A stretch of DNA of 64,000 bases from Eledone cirrhosa (lineage: Eukaryota): the NCBI GenBank assembly GCA_964016885.1, contig OZ024755.1, positions 15,438,001-15,502,000 on the forward strand, written 5' to 3'. The notes below the pieces were generated by a model. It worked only from the letters and a program-made list of their open reading frames with translations. It did not search any database and had not been told where the DNA came from. The position numbers and the translations under genes were made by a program. Below are positions 43,400 through 56,384 of the stretch, one piece after another (the stretch's first letter is position 1; the number at the start of each line of letters is the position of its first letter).

Positions 43400-43640
43400 A
43401 TGGTGGTGGTGTTGGAGTAGTGGGACGTTGGTGGTGGTGTTGGAGTAGTGGGACGTTGGTGGTGGTAGAGTTGGTTGTAGTGTTGTTGTCGTTGGTTGAT
43501 GGTGTTGGTGTTGGCAGTAGTGGTGGTGTTCGCAGTAGTGGTGGTGTTGGAGTAGTGGGACGTTGGTGGTGGTAGATTTGGTTGTAGTGTTGTTGTCATT
43601 GGTTGATGATGTTGGTGTTGGCAGTAGTGGTGGTGTTGGG
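43400..43640. repeat. GTG/GTA/GTT-rich tandem duplication (about 120-bp period)
   Basis: GGTGGTGTTGGAGTAGTGGGACGTT occurs three times, with a repeated downstream block. Confidence 0.8.
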
Positions 43641-44958
43641 TGTGCGATGTTGGCGGTGGTAGAGTTGGCTGCAGTGTTATTGTTGGTGGCGTTGGTGTTG
43701 ATGTTGCAATAGTGAAGACCAGGGGTGTTGGGACATTGGCTGTGGTAGAGTTGTTAGTAGTATTGTTTTTGGTGGAGGGGTTGTTTGGTAGTAGTGGGGA
43801 CTTGAAGTGGTGGTAGAGGTGGTGGCCCTTGTCGTGTTGATGACGGTAATGATTGTGCTGACGGGGTGGTAGTGTTGTAGTATTAGTAGTACTGTTGTAG
43901 TAGTAGTAGTAGTGTGGTAATTGACCGCAGAGAGGCAGATTGATGCTAGTTGTAGGATGTTGATGGCAAACGTAGTAGAAGTTTGTTAGTCGTAGTTGTA
44001 GCGGTTGAGTAGTGGTAGTACAGTTTTGATGTTGGTAGAAGTGGCGGTTGTAATGGTGGCAGTGATAGAGTTGCTAGCCGTTGTAGCAGATACGATACTC
44101 AGATTTAGCTGTGGGGTTACTATGAAAGAATCTGAGTCTTTCTTGAAACTAAAGAAAGAATCATTATGGACAATAAAAAATCCACAAAAGCCTATAGTTA
44201 CTTTACATTTATCATCTATTTCATGGTGCCAATATTTCCATCGCACGTTTCGTTTGAATTTCGACACCACCAAATGCAGTTTTGTCCGCGTGGTGCAGCC
44301 CAAACAGCGCCCTGCCCTAGGCCCAGAGTTCATCACCTTCAGTCCTTCCTCCTCCCCTTAATCGGTGGCCCAAGATTCCTTGCCTTTTCCCTCTTATTTA
44401 TAGCATTTATAGTTCTTTCTTCTACTTCCCCATATAGCCAGATTGCCTTTCTTTACCTTTTCCCCTTTTTTCTTAATTCTGCTTTTATCTTTCTTTTTCA
44501 TATTCATGTAATTATCAATGGTTTTTAAGCCAACTTTGCGGATAACATAAAGTAACATTTTTGTGATGTTTGACAACCAATAAAAAAAAAAAAGCGCCGA
44601 AACAAATAGTACGTGCCGTTTTGTCCGAAATTCTAACGATTTTGCTACACCTCGGCCTTAATAAATATATATATAAAAGTACTACCACTTATGGTAGTGG
44701 TGGTGGGATGGGATAGGGTGGAGTCGTGGTGGAGTTTATGCTAATGGTGGTTGTATTGTTGGTGGTGACGAAGGTGGTAGTTGAGGGGCGGAGGTAGTGG
44801 TGGTGGTAGTTGTGGTGGTAGAATTATTAGTAGGGAATTGATGAATTTTAGTGTTTATATTGATAAATCTCGACGGTTGTGATGATGATGATGATGATGT
44901 TAGTTTGGTTGATGATAGTGGTGATGATTATCATGTGGAGATGTTGGGGATGATGGTA

Positions 44959-45455
44959 TTCATAGTGGTGTTGGTGTTGGTGACGATGGTAATAATCATA
45001 GTGGTGATGTTGGTGATTATGATGATGATGATGATGATAATCATAGTGGTGGTGTAGGTGATAATGATGATAATCATAGTGGTGGTGTAGGCGATGATGA
45101 TGATAATCATAGTGGTGTTGGTGATGATGATGATAATCATAGTGGTGTTGGTGATGATGATGATAATCATAGTGGTGTTGGTGATAATGATGATAATCAT
45201 AGTGGTGTTGGTGATAATGATGATAATCATAGTGGTGTTGGTGATAATGATGATAATCATAGTGGTGTTGGTGATGATGATGATAATCATAGTGGTGTTG
45301 GTAATGATGATGATAATCATAGTGGTGTTGGTAATGATGATGATAATCATAGTGGTGGTGCTGGTGATGATGATGATCATCATAGTGGTGGTGTAGGAGG
45401 TGATGATGATAATCATAGTGGTGGTGTTGGTGATGATGATGATAGTGGTGGTGAT
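44959..45455. repeat. 30-bp minisatellite GTGAT(G/A)ATGATGATAATCATAGTGGTGTTG
   Basis: Exact 30-nt period visible 45091-45360. Confidence 0.95.
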
Positions 45456-45585
45456 GATGAATGATGACTGCCGATAATTCTGTCTAGTGATGCTGTTTTA
45501 ATTGCATTGTTGAAGATAACAATATTATATCATAGTTATATAAACCAGGGAAAGCGGACAGCTCGTGTAGTGTAGCCAGTATAGC

Positions 45586-45669
45586 AATGTGTGTGTGTGT
45601 GTGTGTGTGTGTATGTATATATGTGTGTGTAAAGCGGACACACTGTGTAATGTAGTAAGTGTAGAGGTG

Positions 45670-45709
<40 letters not shown>

Positions 45710-45797
45710 TGTGTGTGTGGTTGTGTAGCGGTGTGTGCGTATGTGTGTGTAAAGCGGACACACTGTGTAATGTAGTAAGTGTAGAGGTGTAAATATA

Positions 45798-45858
<61 letters not shown>

Positions 45859-46128
45859 TGTGTGTGTGGTTGTGTAGCGGTGTGTGCGTATGTGTGTGTA
45901 AAGCGGACACTGTGTAATGTAGTAAGTGTAGAGGTGTAAATATATATATATATAAATATATATATATATGTCTGTGTGTGTGGTTGTGTAGCGGTGTGTG
46001 CGTATGTGTGTGTAAAGCGGACACACTGTGTAATGTAGTAAGTGTAGAGGTGTGTATATATATATATATATATGTCTGTGTGTGTGGTTGTGTAGCGGTG
46101 TGTGCGTACGTGTGTGTGTGTAGCGGTA
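45586..46128. repeat. About 120-150-bp tandem repeat x4 with a variable internal TA run
   Basis: AAAGCGGACACACTGTGTAATGTAGTAAGTGTAGAGGTGT-(TA)n-GTCTGTGTGTGTGGTTGTGTAGCGG repeated. Confidence 0.92.
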
Positions 46129-46929
46129 TGTGTATGTATGTATGTGTATGTATATATGTGTATGTATATATATGAATGTGTATATGTGTATGTATCTATG
46201 TGTATGTATGTATCTATGTGTGTGTATGTATCTATGTGTGTGTATGTATCTATGTGTGTGTATGTATCTATGTATGTGTATGTATCTATGTATGTGTATG
46301 TATATATGTGTATGTATATATGTGTATGTATCTATGCGTGTGTATGTATCTATGTGTGTGTATGTATCTATGTATGTGTATGTATCTATGTGTGTGTATG
46401 TATCTATGTTTGTGTATGTATCTATGTATGTGTATGTGTGTATGTATGTGTATGTGTGTATTTGTGTGTAAAGAAGAGAACAGCCTATGTAATGTAGTCA
46501 GTGTAGCAATGTGTATATATGCGTGTGTATGTGTGCGTGTGCCCGAGTGTGAGTATATGAGTGTGTGTGTGTGCCCGAGTGTGTGGATGTGTGGTGTATT
46601 TACTGAAGTGGCTCTAAAGATCTACATATTTCACACTGTATGCTAGTTGTTGGCTCAAGGCAGCCATATTTTTCGTTCCTCAGTTCTAACAATCTCTCTC
46701 CGTATAGTTCCATTGATAAGAATTCACTTCTCTTTCCCCCGCCCTCGCACCTCCTCAACTGACACCGGTTGTTCGATGTAGAAAAATACTTGGAGAGTTG
46801 ATAACGTTCCGGATTTCCTATCGCTGGTTGAATTATAAGCCAGCGTGGGAGCGTCTGCGTGGTAATTCGATATGCTAAAAACTGTAGTTAACTCACTCTC
46901 TAATCAAACTATACTGTCTTCTAAAAAGA

Positions 46930-47482
46930 TAGAGAATGATAGATAGAGAGAGAGGCAGAGAGAATCAGACAGACAGAGAGAATCAGACAGACAGAGAGAG
47001 GGGCAGAGAGAATCAGACAGACAGAGAGAGAAGGGGGCAATGACAGAGGGAGTGAGACAAAGCGACAGACAAGCAAGTGGAGAGAGAGATAAATTAGCGA
47101 GACAGATGAAGAGTGAGAGAGTGAGAGAGAGAGAGAGTGAGAGTGAGAATGAGAGTGAGAGAGAGAGTGAGAGTAAGAGGGAGAGAGTAAGTGATAGTAA
47201 GAGAGTGAGAGTAAGTGATAGTAAGAGAGTGAGAGTAAGTAAGAGTGAGAGGAAGAGAGAGTGAGAGGAAGAGAGAGTGAGAGTAAGAGAGAGTGAGAGT
47301 AAGAGAGAGTGAGAGTAAGAGAGAGTGAGAGTAACAGAGAGTGAGAGTAACAGAGAGTGAGAGTAACAGAGAGTGAGAGTAACAGAGAGTGAGAGTGAGT
47401 GAGAGTGAGAGAGAGTGAGAGAGAGTGAGAGTAAGAAGGGGGGAGAGTAAGTAAGAGGGAGACAAAGAAAGAAGAGAGAGAG
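46930..47482. repeat. GA-rich simple repeat
   Basis: GAGAGT/GAGAGTAA units. Confidence 0.9.
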
Positions 47483-49537
47483 CGCGCAACTTACATTGGA
47501 AGTTGCTGCTTTGCTATCGCTAGCTGAATTATGAGACGGAGGGGGTCATTCAAACTCCTGAAAACAGCAGTTAAATCTCCCTCTGATTACACCTTACACG
47601 ACTGGTAATGTTTTCATCTACACTAATGGGATGGAAAGCGAAGTCGACCTTTGTTAGATATGAATTCAGAGCGCATATAGACGGAATGATGACACAATGC
47701 ATTTTATTCTACGCTCTACCGATCCTACCGCCATATTATCAGTATAATATGAGAGAATTTTATACAAGAATCATAATGTACAGATAATCTTCACTAGATT
47801 GCACACCAAGTTTTGTTTTGAAGCGCAGGCCTATTTATATGTTATAACAAACATTATACAGAGTTCTAGTGTTCTCATGATATGGTTGTCCCTGACTATG
47901 TTCCACAATATATAGAAGAAAAACTGCGGCCTCTCAGATAAAAAAAAATGATTATTTTATAATAAAACACTATTGATTAGAAGCGGATGTGTCATTGATT
48001 AACGACTCGTTGTCCATCAAGTGGGCCAATCTCGGAAAGGGACGCAGAAAGTGCTACCACATAATTACAATGATGACAACATTCATTGAAGTAAATCTCA
48101 GTTTATTGATTTAATTTTACTTTACGATCAGGGAGAAGATATTTGAAACACGTTTTCATCTGGGGTGTTTCCAGATCGCGCTTCATTTAGAACTCACATT
48201 AATGACGTTAATTGTTGATTAAATTCAATTGATCCGAAGCTTAATAATATATATCAGAAACCTACTAATATAACTTGGCAACATTAACGTTATCTAATAG
48301 AGGTAATGTCGCCAAATGAATGAAGAGTTTCTATTAAATTAAGCTAACCTATTCTCCAGGATATGTCCTAATTGCTACTCTAGAGATACCATCACCTGAA
48401 TGTAACCAAACAAGTTAGGATGTCGACTACAAAATTAGAGATCGGGAACTAGTTATGTATGAAATTAAGACTGAATTGTGGCAATACAAAGTAATTTGAA
48501 AGAATTTATTAGTTACGCCTTCTTATACAGTAGAATTTAAACTTTGAGCAAAACAAAGAAATAGTGAATAAGAAAAATTATTCTTCGCTTTGTTATTCAA
48601 TCTTGCGTAAGTGTTATATTTGTTTTTACAAGCAAACCAATCAACCTATAGGCCATCGCTCGATTATTTCTTTATAGTTTTGTCAAAGATGGAAAGGTAG
48701 TGCCCATGTAACTTCGGCACTAGTGACAGAGATGGAAGGTGAGAGAAGAAAGATACCCTCAAATCAAAGATCTATTAGTACTTGCAGCACAGAGATATCC
48801 TCTTGAGTCAGGTGGGGCAAGTGGTTATGTTAAATCAGAAGTCGAGTTAAGTATGTTAGCCCAGGTGGCCAGAACTGTAATTAAAGTCAAAATGGAAAAG
48901 GCCGTAATAAATACTGCAAGGTATTTTGACACTGTAAACATTTCGAAAATTCACCAATCTGGACAGGTACTAGCTAACCTTGGGTGAATTTCAAATCAGA
49001 GCACTGCGTTCTGTGAGAAACAGCTGCAACATCTCCCTCAAATAGCAATTAAACTCTTGAAAATGAAGCATGCACTTGTCAATCAATATACAAAACAAAT
49101 GATGCTGACAGTTGGAATAAGAAAAATCAAAACTGAACTGAGGTTTAAGAAGAACTTAGATGTAAACGCCACGAGAACAGCATTACACATTTCCAGGATA
49201 TATGATGAAATAAAGGATTATACTAAACGATAAATACTTCTTTCTCAATGTTGTCGTTTTCCTTATCTTTGAAGGTGAATGAATGTGTCTTCTTCTTAAC
49301 CATGATTTCTTAGTGGAGTCGTTAAGACATAGTGCTGATATTCAAGCCAGAAAGGGCCCGTCCGTCTCTATGTGAAAACACCAGCTTTTCTCGAAAGAGA
49401 GCAGGGGAACATCTCAATATCATAATTTATACTTTCGACATTCAGTTGATCCCGAAAAAGTTGAAGCAAATTTGATTTCGGACTGTACGTTCATAAAGAA
49501 TCTGGATAAACTTAGTAAATATTCCAGAAGTTAGGAT

Positions 49538-49845
49538 TAGCTACCACCCTGGTTACATAGGTACAATGTTAGCAGCCAGGCCCTCCAGACTAACTACTAC
49601 CCTGGTTACATAGGTACAGAGTTAGAAGGCACACCATCTTTACTAGCTGCTATCATGTTTACATGGACACACAGTTAGTAACCACACCCTCGAGACTATC
49701 TACTATTCTGGTTACATGGATACAGTTAGTAACCACGCCCTTTTTACAAGCTATCACCATGGTTACGTGGATACACAGTTAGTAACCACGCCTTCTAATG
49801 TAACTAATACCATTGCTACATGGATACACTTTTAGAAACCATGCG
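49538..49845. repeat. Diverged about 50-bp tandem repeat x6
   Basis: CTAC.ACC.TGGTTACAT.G.TACA..GTTAG.A.CCAC unit repeated. Confidence 0.85.
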
Positions 49846-50348
49846 CTCAGTTCCATAAAGTAGTATTAAAAATACATAATTGCAACGATGGGCTAACATA
49901 TGGCTTCTCTCTTGCCAGAGGAAAACACATTTCGCTCACGTTGTATAATAATAGATAGCCCTGGGATTGTTTTACCTTTGAGAAACAAGCAGTCATCGTT
50001 TACTCCATCCTACACGACACATAATCACACGTATTCAAATATATAGAGGATATTTATGAACATATGTATGCATGTGTAGGTGTATTCATACGTGGCTCAT
50101 ATGTGTATGAACATCTGTGTGTTTATATGTGTACATACATTTCATCTCATATTTTTCCTTGTATATATGTATATATAATTTACATATGTATATTTATGAG
50201 CATATTTATATTTTAAATAAAAGCATGTATTTACACAGACGTACATATCTTTGATAATTCAGATATTTATGTTCGTAAACAAATCCACACCTATTTAGAC
50301 TCAGAGAAATATGTATGTCACACACACACACATTATATATATATATAT

Positions 50349-50730
50349 GATGGCTGCCCCCTCGTTATCGAGTATGGCCATTGTACGATATACCATTATT
50401 AATAATTATTAATTAATACTATCGTGTAATTCCTGTGCGTGAAGATATTTTTTAAAGTGAGGAAAGACTGTGCACTGAGCCAATCCCATTCTCTGAGCGA
50501 CAGTAGCTATAACCCGTAATGAAGAAAATATCAACATCATCAGGTTTTATATCGGAGTTATCCCAGTTTCCTTCTCCTATAAGAATGCCCTGACAAAGCT
50601 ATGAGTCCTTCACTCCCAGTGGTTTAATGTATTTACACACTTTTGGATGGCCGTTGACTTTTATGAGTTCATCCGCCATTTGTCAGGTTTTGTTTTTTGT
50701 CCTGCAAGGTGTCCAAAATCACCCTCCTCA
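50349..50730. mobile_element. Unclassified interspersed repeat (copy 2)
   Basis: Matches 15820-16085. Bounded on both sides by TA/CA repeats. Confidence 0.7.
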
Positions 50731-50737
50731 TACATAT

Positions 50738-50768
<31 letters not shown>

Positions 50769-51127
50769 AATATATATATACATATACAGGCATATATATA
50801 TATATACATACATCTATAAATATATACATCTATACATATACATACATACACATACATACATACACATATATACATACACATTCATATATACATACGCATT
50901 CATATATACATACGCATTCATATATACATACACATTCATATATACATACGCATTCATATATACATACACATTCATATATACATACACATTCATATATATA
51001 TACATACATATTCATATATATATACATACATATTCATATATATATACATACATATTCATATATATATACATACATACATATAATTCCATCCCGCCCGTCC
51101 CCTCAATCTATTTTATTTCTCATTCTA

Positions 51128-51163
51128 TCTTCTGATGAAGGACTAGCGTCCGAAACGTTAAGA
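51128..51163 (+). ncRNA. Minimal type I hammerhead ribozyme motif (Penelope-type)
   Basis: TCTT CTGATGA A GGAC-TAGC-GTCC GAAA CG TT AAGA. Helix I 4 bp, helix II 4 bp with one extra A after the core, palindrome AACGTT, GUU triplet. Confidence 0.75.
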
Positions 51164-51327
51164 CCCTCTTCCTGCTATATCAAGCGTTAACCTAATATAT
51201 ACCTTCCATATACTGTACCGATTGTGTTGCTATTTCTGTTTACCTTTTACATATATATATAGAGAGAGAGATATATAGATATATATAGAGAGAGAGCAAA
51301 CATCACGGGCGCTCTATCTCAAAATTA

Positions 51328-51363
51328 TTTTTGAAAAGCACTAGAAATGCGCAACCGGTAAAA
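51328..51363 (+). ncRNA. Degenerate hammerhead motif, U3-A8 core, GAAA mutated to GCAA
   Basis: TTT TTGAAAA GCA-CTAGAAA-TGC GCAA CCGG TA AAA. Same architecture as 51631-51668. Confidence 0.4.
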
Positions 51364-51570
51364 ACTTAAAACCAAAACTGAATACTAACCAATACTATTA
51401 CTAATTTTTACTTATTCCTAATTAAACTATTTTTCACTGGGAACAATTTGTCAGCATTTTCTTTTCCTTTTACCAATATATATATATATATATTAGAAAG
51501 TGAGGTTTTTTTTTACAAAATGAAAAATAACCGAGGTGTCCTACACGAGTGAAAGTATAAAGCAAAAAAG

Positions 51571-51811
51571 ATGAAATCGAAAATGCAACTGGAGTCTTAT
51601 TTTAAAAAATATATATATATTTATTTGGTTCCTTTACCGGTTTCGCAGTTCTTCTGCTTTTCAAAAGTAGAGTTGAGATGGAAGGTCTGTGATTTTTCTC
51701 ACATCTGATGTTAGAAAAACCGCAGAAAAACCACAGAAAAACCGATAAAGGAACCAAATAAATATATATATTTTTTTTTAAATAAGACTCCAGTTGCATT
51801 TTCGATTTCAT
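51571..51811. repeat. Inverted repeat (73-bp arms 51571-51643 and 51739-51811); probable Penelope-like pLTR remnant
   Basis: ATGAAATCGAAAATGCAACTGGAGTCTTAT...GGTTCCTTTACCGGTTT and its near-perfect reverse complement. Overlaps a hammerhead motif. Confidence 0.85.
51631..51668 (-). ncRNA. Minimal hammerhead ribozyme motif with U3-A8 core variant
   Basis: Minus strand reads ACTT TTGAAAA GCAG-AAGAA-CTGC GAAA CCGG TA AAGG. Helix II 4 bp, palindrome ACCGGT, GUA triplet, helix I 3 bp. Confidence 0.65.
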
Positions 51812-52067
51812 TTTATTTTCTATATATATATACATACATACACATACATATATATATACATACATACATACATACGCATATATATATACATACACATATA
51901 TACATACACACTTATATACATAGACATACATTCTTTATATATGTGAAAGGTTATGTGGTGCATAAATGTATGTATATTGTAATTTGTATAAATGAATAAA
52001 TGGTTAATACGCAATGAGTCTCGAATTTTATGGGTGCTTGAAGCATTTCCATAATACCTAGAGAAAT

Positions 52068-52226
52068 GATTTCTGACTTAGGCACAAGGCCAACAATTTG
52101 GGGGCAGGAGGAAAAAATCGATCAAATCGACGCCAGTGCGTTACTGGTTCTTTATATTATCGAACCTGTAAGGTTTAAAGCAAATTCAACCTCGGCAGGA
52201 TTTGATATCAGAACGTGAAGGACCGT
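52068..52226 (-). mobile_element. SINE, family A
   Basis: Reverse complement of the tail (TTTCTGACTTAGGCACAAGGCCAACAATTT), core and B-box region. Confidence 0.75.
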
Positions 52227-53534
52227 AAGATGCGAATATTATCCATATGTGATTATTCTTCCTATAAAACGTATTACCTCCCTTCTATACTGGAGTTTGG
52301 GAGCTGTATTTCTTTTCATTCTTTACTTCTTTTTTTGTTAATGAAATGCCAAAATGATGTTTCATAATATTCATAATATCTCACATTTACAGCAGTGGAG
52401 ATAGGGAGGAAAGGGATTGAATGGTTTTCACATTCTTGTTCTGTTTTTTGTTTTGTTTTTTCAAAGTTATTAGCAACATAAATGAAGTGTAATCGCTTTA
52501 AACCATGTTATAGATTATGTTTAGTGAGATCTTATCGTCGTTGTGTTTTTTTTTTTTTGAGCTTAGTTTCCACTCAAGTCATATAACAACTTGAGCAGTT
52601 ACTTAAATTATCGCCCATTTAAGCAGCTGTCCTATTGGGACAACGGTTACATATGTATTGCTAAACTGTTGTGATTTCGCTGTTTCCACTCTATTAAAGA
52701 AAAGTAACATTCTACGTAATACCAATATGCTTTGAAACAAATGTAATGAATATTCAGAATTTGGCCAAGATTAGACACTAATCTCGATGAAATATAACAT
52801 TAGATAGTGATACTGGAATAATGATATTATCCTTAGATGCTTCGATAATCTCAAAGTTGATTTTAAACAATAATTGTACGTGTTTACTATTCATAGAAAA
52901 CCTAAAGGCACATTTGGGACTTGAAGAATAGTGTTTGCCGTGAGATGGCATTTGCTAGCTGCCTTCATTAGTTTAGTATGTATGTTTTATTCAGCATTTA
53001 TGAATAGACCATGCTGTGCAAGTTTATGAATCATTTATTGGACAGCATGATTCTCCAGTTATTATTCACTAATTCAAACCCACAACGGACTAATAAACCG
53101 ATGACTAATCTGTTAGGGCTGTATCGATATAGATTTTCTTTGTAAGGTGTCGAACTGTTTAGAGTAGAGAGAATTGACTAAAAGTTTTGATGTCACGAAG
53201 CTTTTAGGATGTGATCGTTATAAAGTTCTTAAAGTTGGGGAAAATAATGAAGTTATATAAGGAAGAAACTTCCTGACGTACACAATTTCTATTGTTCTTT
53301 TTTTCCTCTCTGTTCATTGGCTGATCTTGATTTCTAAATGTTTCTTCTCAAAAGAATCTCCTCTAGTCATAATATGAGAATATACACTCATATATATATA
53401 TATGCGTGTGTGTTTTTAAAGAGAAAGAGAGGGAGTTTAAAAGCGAGAGTGAGGGAGCGACACTATACACAGTTTTCTGAATAAATCCTTATTACATTTC
53501 CAAAGGTATGCCTGCCAGGTAAAGGTGATTGACC

Positions 53535-53581
<47 letters not shown>

Positions 53582-53693
53582 AGAGAGAAACAAAAGAGAG
53601 AGAGAGAGAAATCAGGTTATCCCGCGTTCAATCGGGGGTAACCACAGGAAGTAAGGTACCCAATAAACAGTAGAGTATAAATATTCAATATAG

Positions 53694-53780
53694 AAATGGC
53701 TTCTACAGGACTAGAACTGTTTCTTTCGGGAGAAATCAACAGGAAGCCGTCCCACAGTTCTAGTCCTGTAGAAGCCATTT
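53694..53780. repeat. Perfect 27-bp inverted repeat, 33-nt spacer, abutting (TA)n
   Basis: AAATGGCTTCTACAGGACTAGAACTGT / ACAGTTCTAGTCCTGTAGAAGCCATTT. Confidence 0.9.
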
Positions 53781-54540
53781 ATATATATATATAATTGTTT
53801 CTAATGAAACATGTGTGTGTGCGTGTGTATATGTGTATGTTCATTCTTTTTTCATTCATTTACATATTTATTTAAATTACAACGTAGTCAGGAGTGAAGC
53901 TGATCTTCAGGAGCAAAGGACCAATTATGGAGATATTTCTTTGATAATTTCATCAGTGAAGCATAATCGCTGAAAGTCTTCGATTAGAAAAGCTATAAGA
54001 ATAAATAAACACTGTGTGACAGAGTAAGTCAAAGGAAGGGGTGAAGGGGGAGAATACTCAGGGACATCTTGTTGAAGAAGGACAAATAGTAAAGCGTGCA
54101 GTAAATAGCCTGTAGATCCAACAAACCAAAAATTATCTCTACAAACCTCTTACATTCCCTTCATATAAAACTCTTTACCCTGTTGATCCTATTTGAAGCT
54201 ACCCCCACTCTTCTACTAAATTTTCTACGCTGTTAGTTGTAATTCTAAGCTATTTTCATTTTGCCATTACTGAAAATATATATAATTTACCCCTATTTTC
54301 AAGCATATAGTAAGCCGTCCCCTTATTTTACAGAACTGACTTGACAGCTGTCAATTCTGCTAATGAAGACAGTGTCATAAGAGCAGGTGCCGTGCTACAT
54401 GTTTAATTGGCAACGAATTGACGAATTATTTATGGCATCACAGTCCCAGTCGAAGAAATTCGAAACTTCTAGCAAGATAAACTTGATCATTAAAACGAGA
54501 AAGAATCATATTTTCAACAGAATATATATGTACGTATGTC

Positions 54541-54601
<61 letters not shown>

Positions 54602-55514
54602 ATAATAATAAAAAAAATAAAAAAAATAATTAAAAAAATTAAAATAAAAAATAGTAATAATAATAAAAAATAAAAATAATAATAATAATAATAAATAATA
54701 ATTATTATTTCTTTATTGGCCACAAGGGCTGACATCAAGAAAAACATTACAGATGGCACAGGACGGTACGATGTGTGTTTTGTGCGTGTAAATATTTTTA
54801 TTATTTATATAAGAAAAGAAAAAAAAAAGGACATAAAACATATATATATATAAACAATAATAATAAATAATAATAATAAAAGTAATAATAATAAAAAATA
54901 AAAAATAACATATATATATATATATATGTTTGTATTATCATGAAGATTTTATAGACAAATTGCACGAGAGCCTGAATGAACATCCATCACTTTCTGCGAG
55001 GGATTTTCTAGTTGTTTGCTCAACAAAACAGACTATCCATGAAATAAACGTACAAGTGTCAGAACATTCTACAGATACGGGGACTCTTAACGTAATTATC
55101 AGTATGATTCAACGTAACATAGTATGAGGCAAGGGTGACACCAAACTTCTAAACAGTCTCTGTCAATCCAATTTCACTCAGAATACTAGGTGGACTCGAT
55201 TCTTGACCAACATGTTACGCAGTGATAGTGATCATGATACCTAATGATTGCAAAGCAAACTACTTAGAATGTCGGCAATATTGACTGGTGGGAACAGAAA
55301 AAGCAGGTTCATACACATGTACACAGGTTCATACACATGTACACACTCTCTCTCACATAAATGTTTGAATTTAATAAATTCTTCTCTTGCCACAGAATTT
55401 CTCACTCAGTTCTGGAGTCCTTGGGGGTAATTTTGTGTCATTACAGTAACAAATATGTAGTTTGTAATACCTATATTAAGTTATTTTTCTCGTATTTATA
55501 CAGTCAAGCATTTA

Positions 55515-55925
55515 TAGATAGGTAGATATATATAGGTAGTTAGCTAGGTAGGTAGTTAGCTAGGTAGGTAGGTAGTTAGCAAGGTAGGTAGATAGTGAGC
55601 TAGGTAGTTAGCTAGGTAGGTAGGTAGTTAGCAAGGTAGGTAGATAGTGAGCTAGGTAGTTAGCTAGGTAGGTAGCTAGATAGATAATTAGGTAGGTAGA
55701 TAGATAATTAGGTAGGTAGGTAGGTAGGTAGGTAGGTAGGTAGGTAGGTAGGTAGGTAGGTAGGTAGGTAGGTAGGTAGGTAGGTAGGTAGGTAGGTAGG
55801 TATGTAGCTAGATAGTTAGCTAGGTAGTTAGCTAGGTAGGTAGTTAGCTAGCTAAATAGATAGATGGATGGATGGATAGATAGGTGGATGGATAAATAAA
55901 TAGACAGACAGATAGATATATAGAT
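55515..55925. repeat. (TAGG)n/(TAGC)n/(TAGA)n tetranucleotide repeat
   Basis: Direct reading. Confidence 0.92.
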
Positions 55926-56352
55926 ATCTGATGATTCCAAGTGAATTATATAATTTTAGTCCTGTAATGTCATTTCTATATGAATTATATATGTGTGTGT
56001 TCTACACACAGAGGACTTGTGAGTAGTGGGTAGTTAATCAATCCCACACCTGCAAGCAAGTGTAAACTGAAGCTTGAATCCTTAGAAGGGGTGACAGACT
56101 CGCATAGAACCAACATTCATCGAAGCCTTTCGACAGAGAAAGAAAAAGGAGTGAAAATCCCCAATTGAGAGCCTTCTACGTTGCCATTTTACTGAATATC
56201 TCATACCAAGTCTGTGCCTATACATGCATAGACTATTACCATATGTGGTTTTCTAGTCTTTATACTTGGAACTGAAAACTTCATATATATGTACATGTGT
56301 CTGTATGTATTTACTACATGTGTGTACATATACATATCTGTTCGAATGTGTG

Positions 56353-56384
<32 letters not shown>

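Noticed and set aside
49538-49845. Repeat-spacer-like look (CRISPR?)
   Set aside because: The spacers are homologous to each other, the context is eukaryotic and there are no cas genes. It is a minisatellite.
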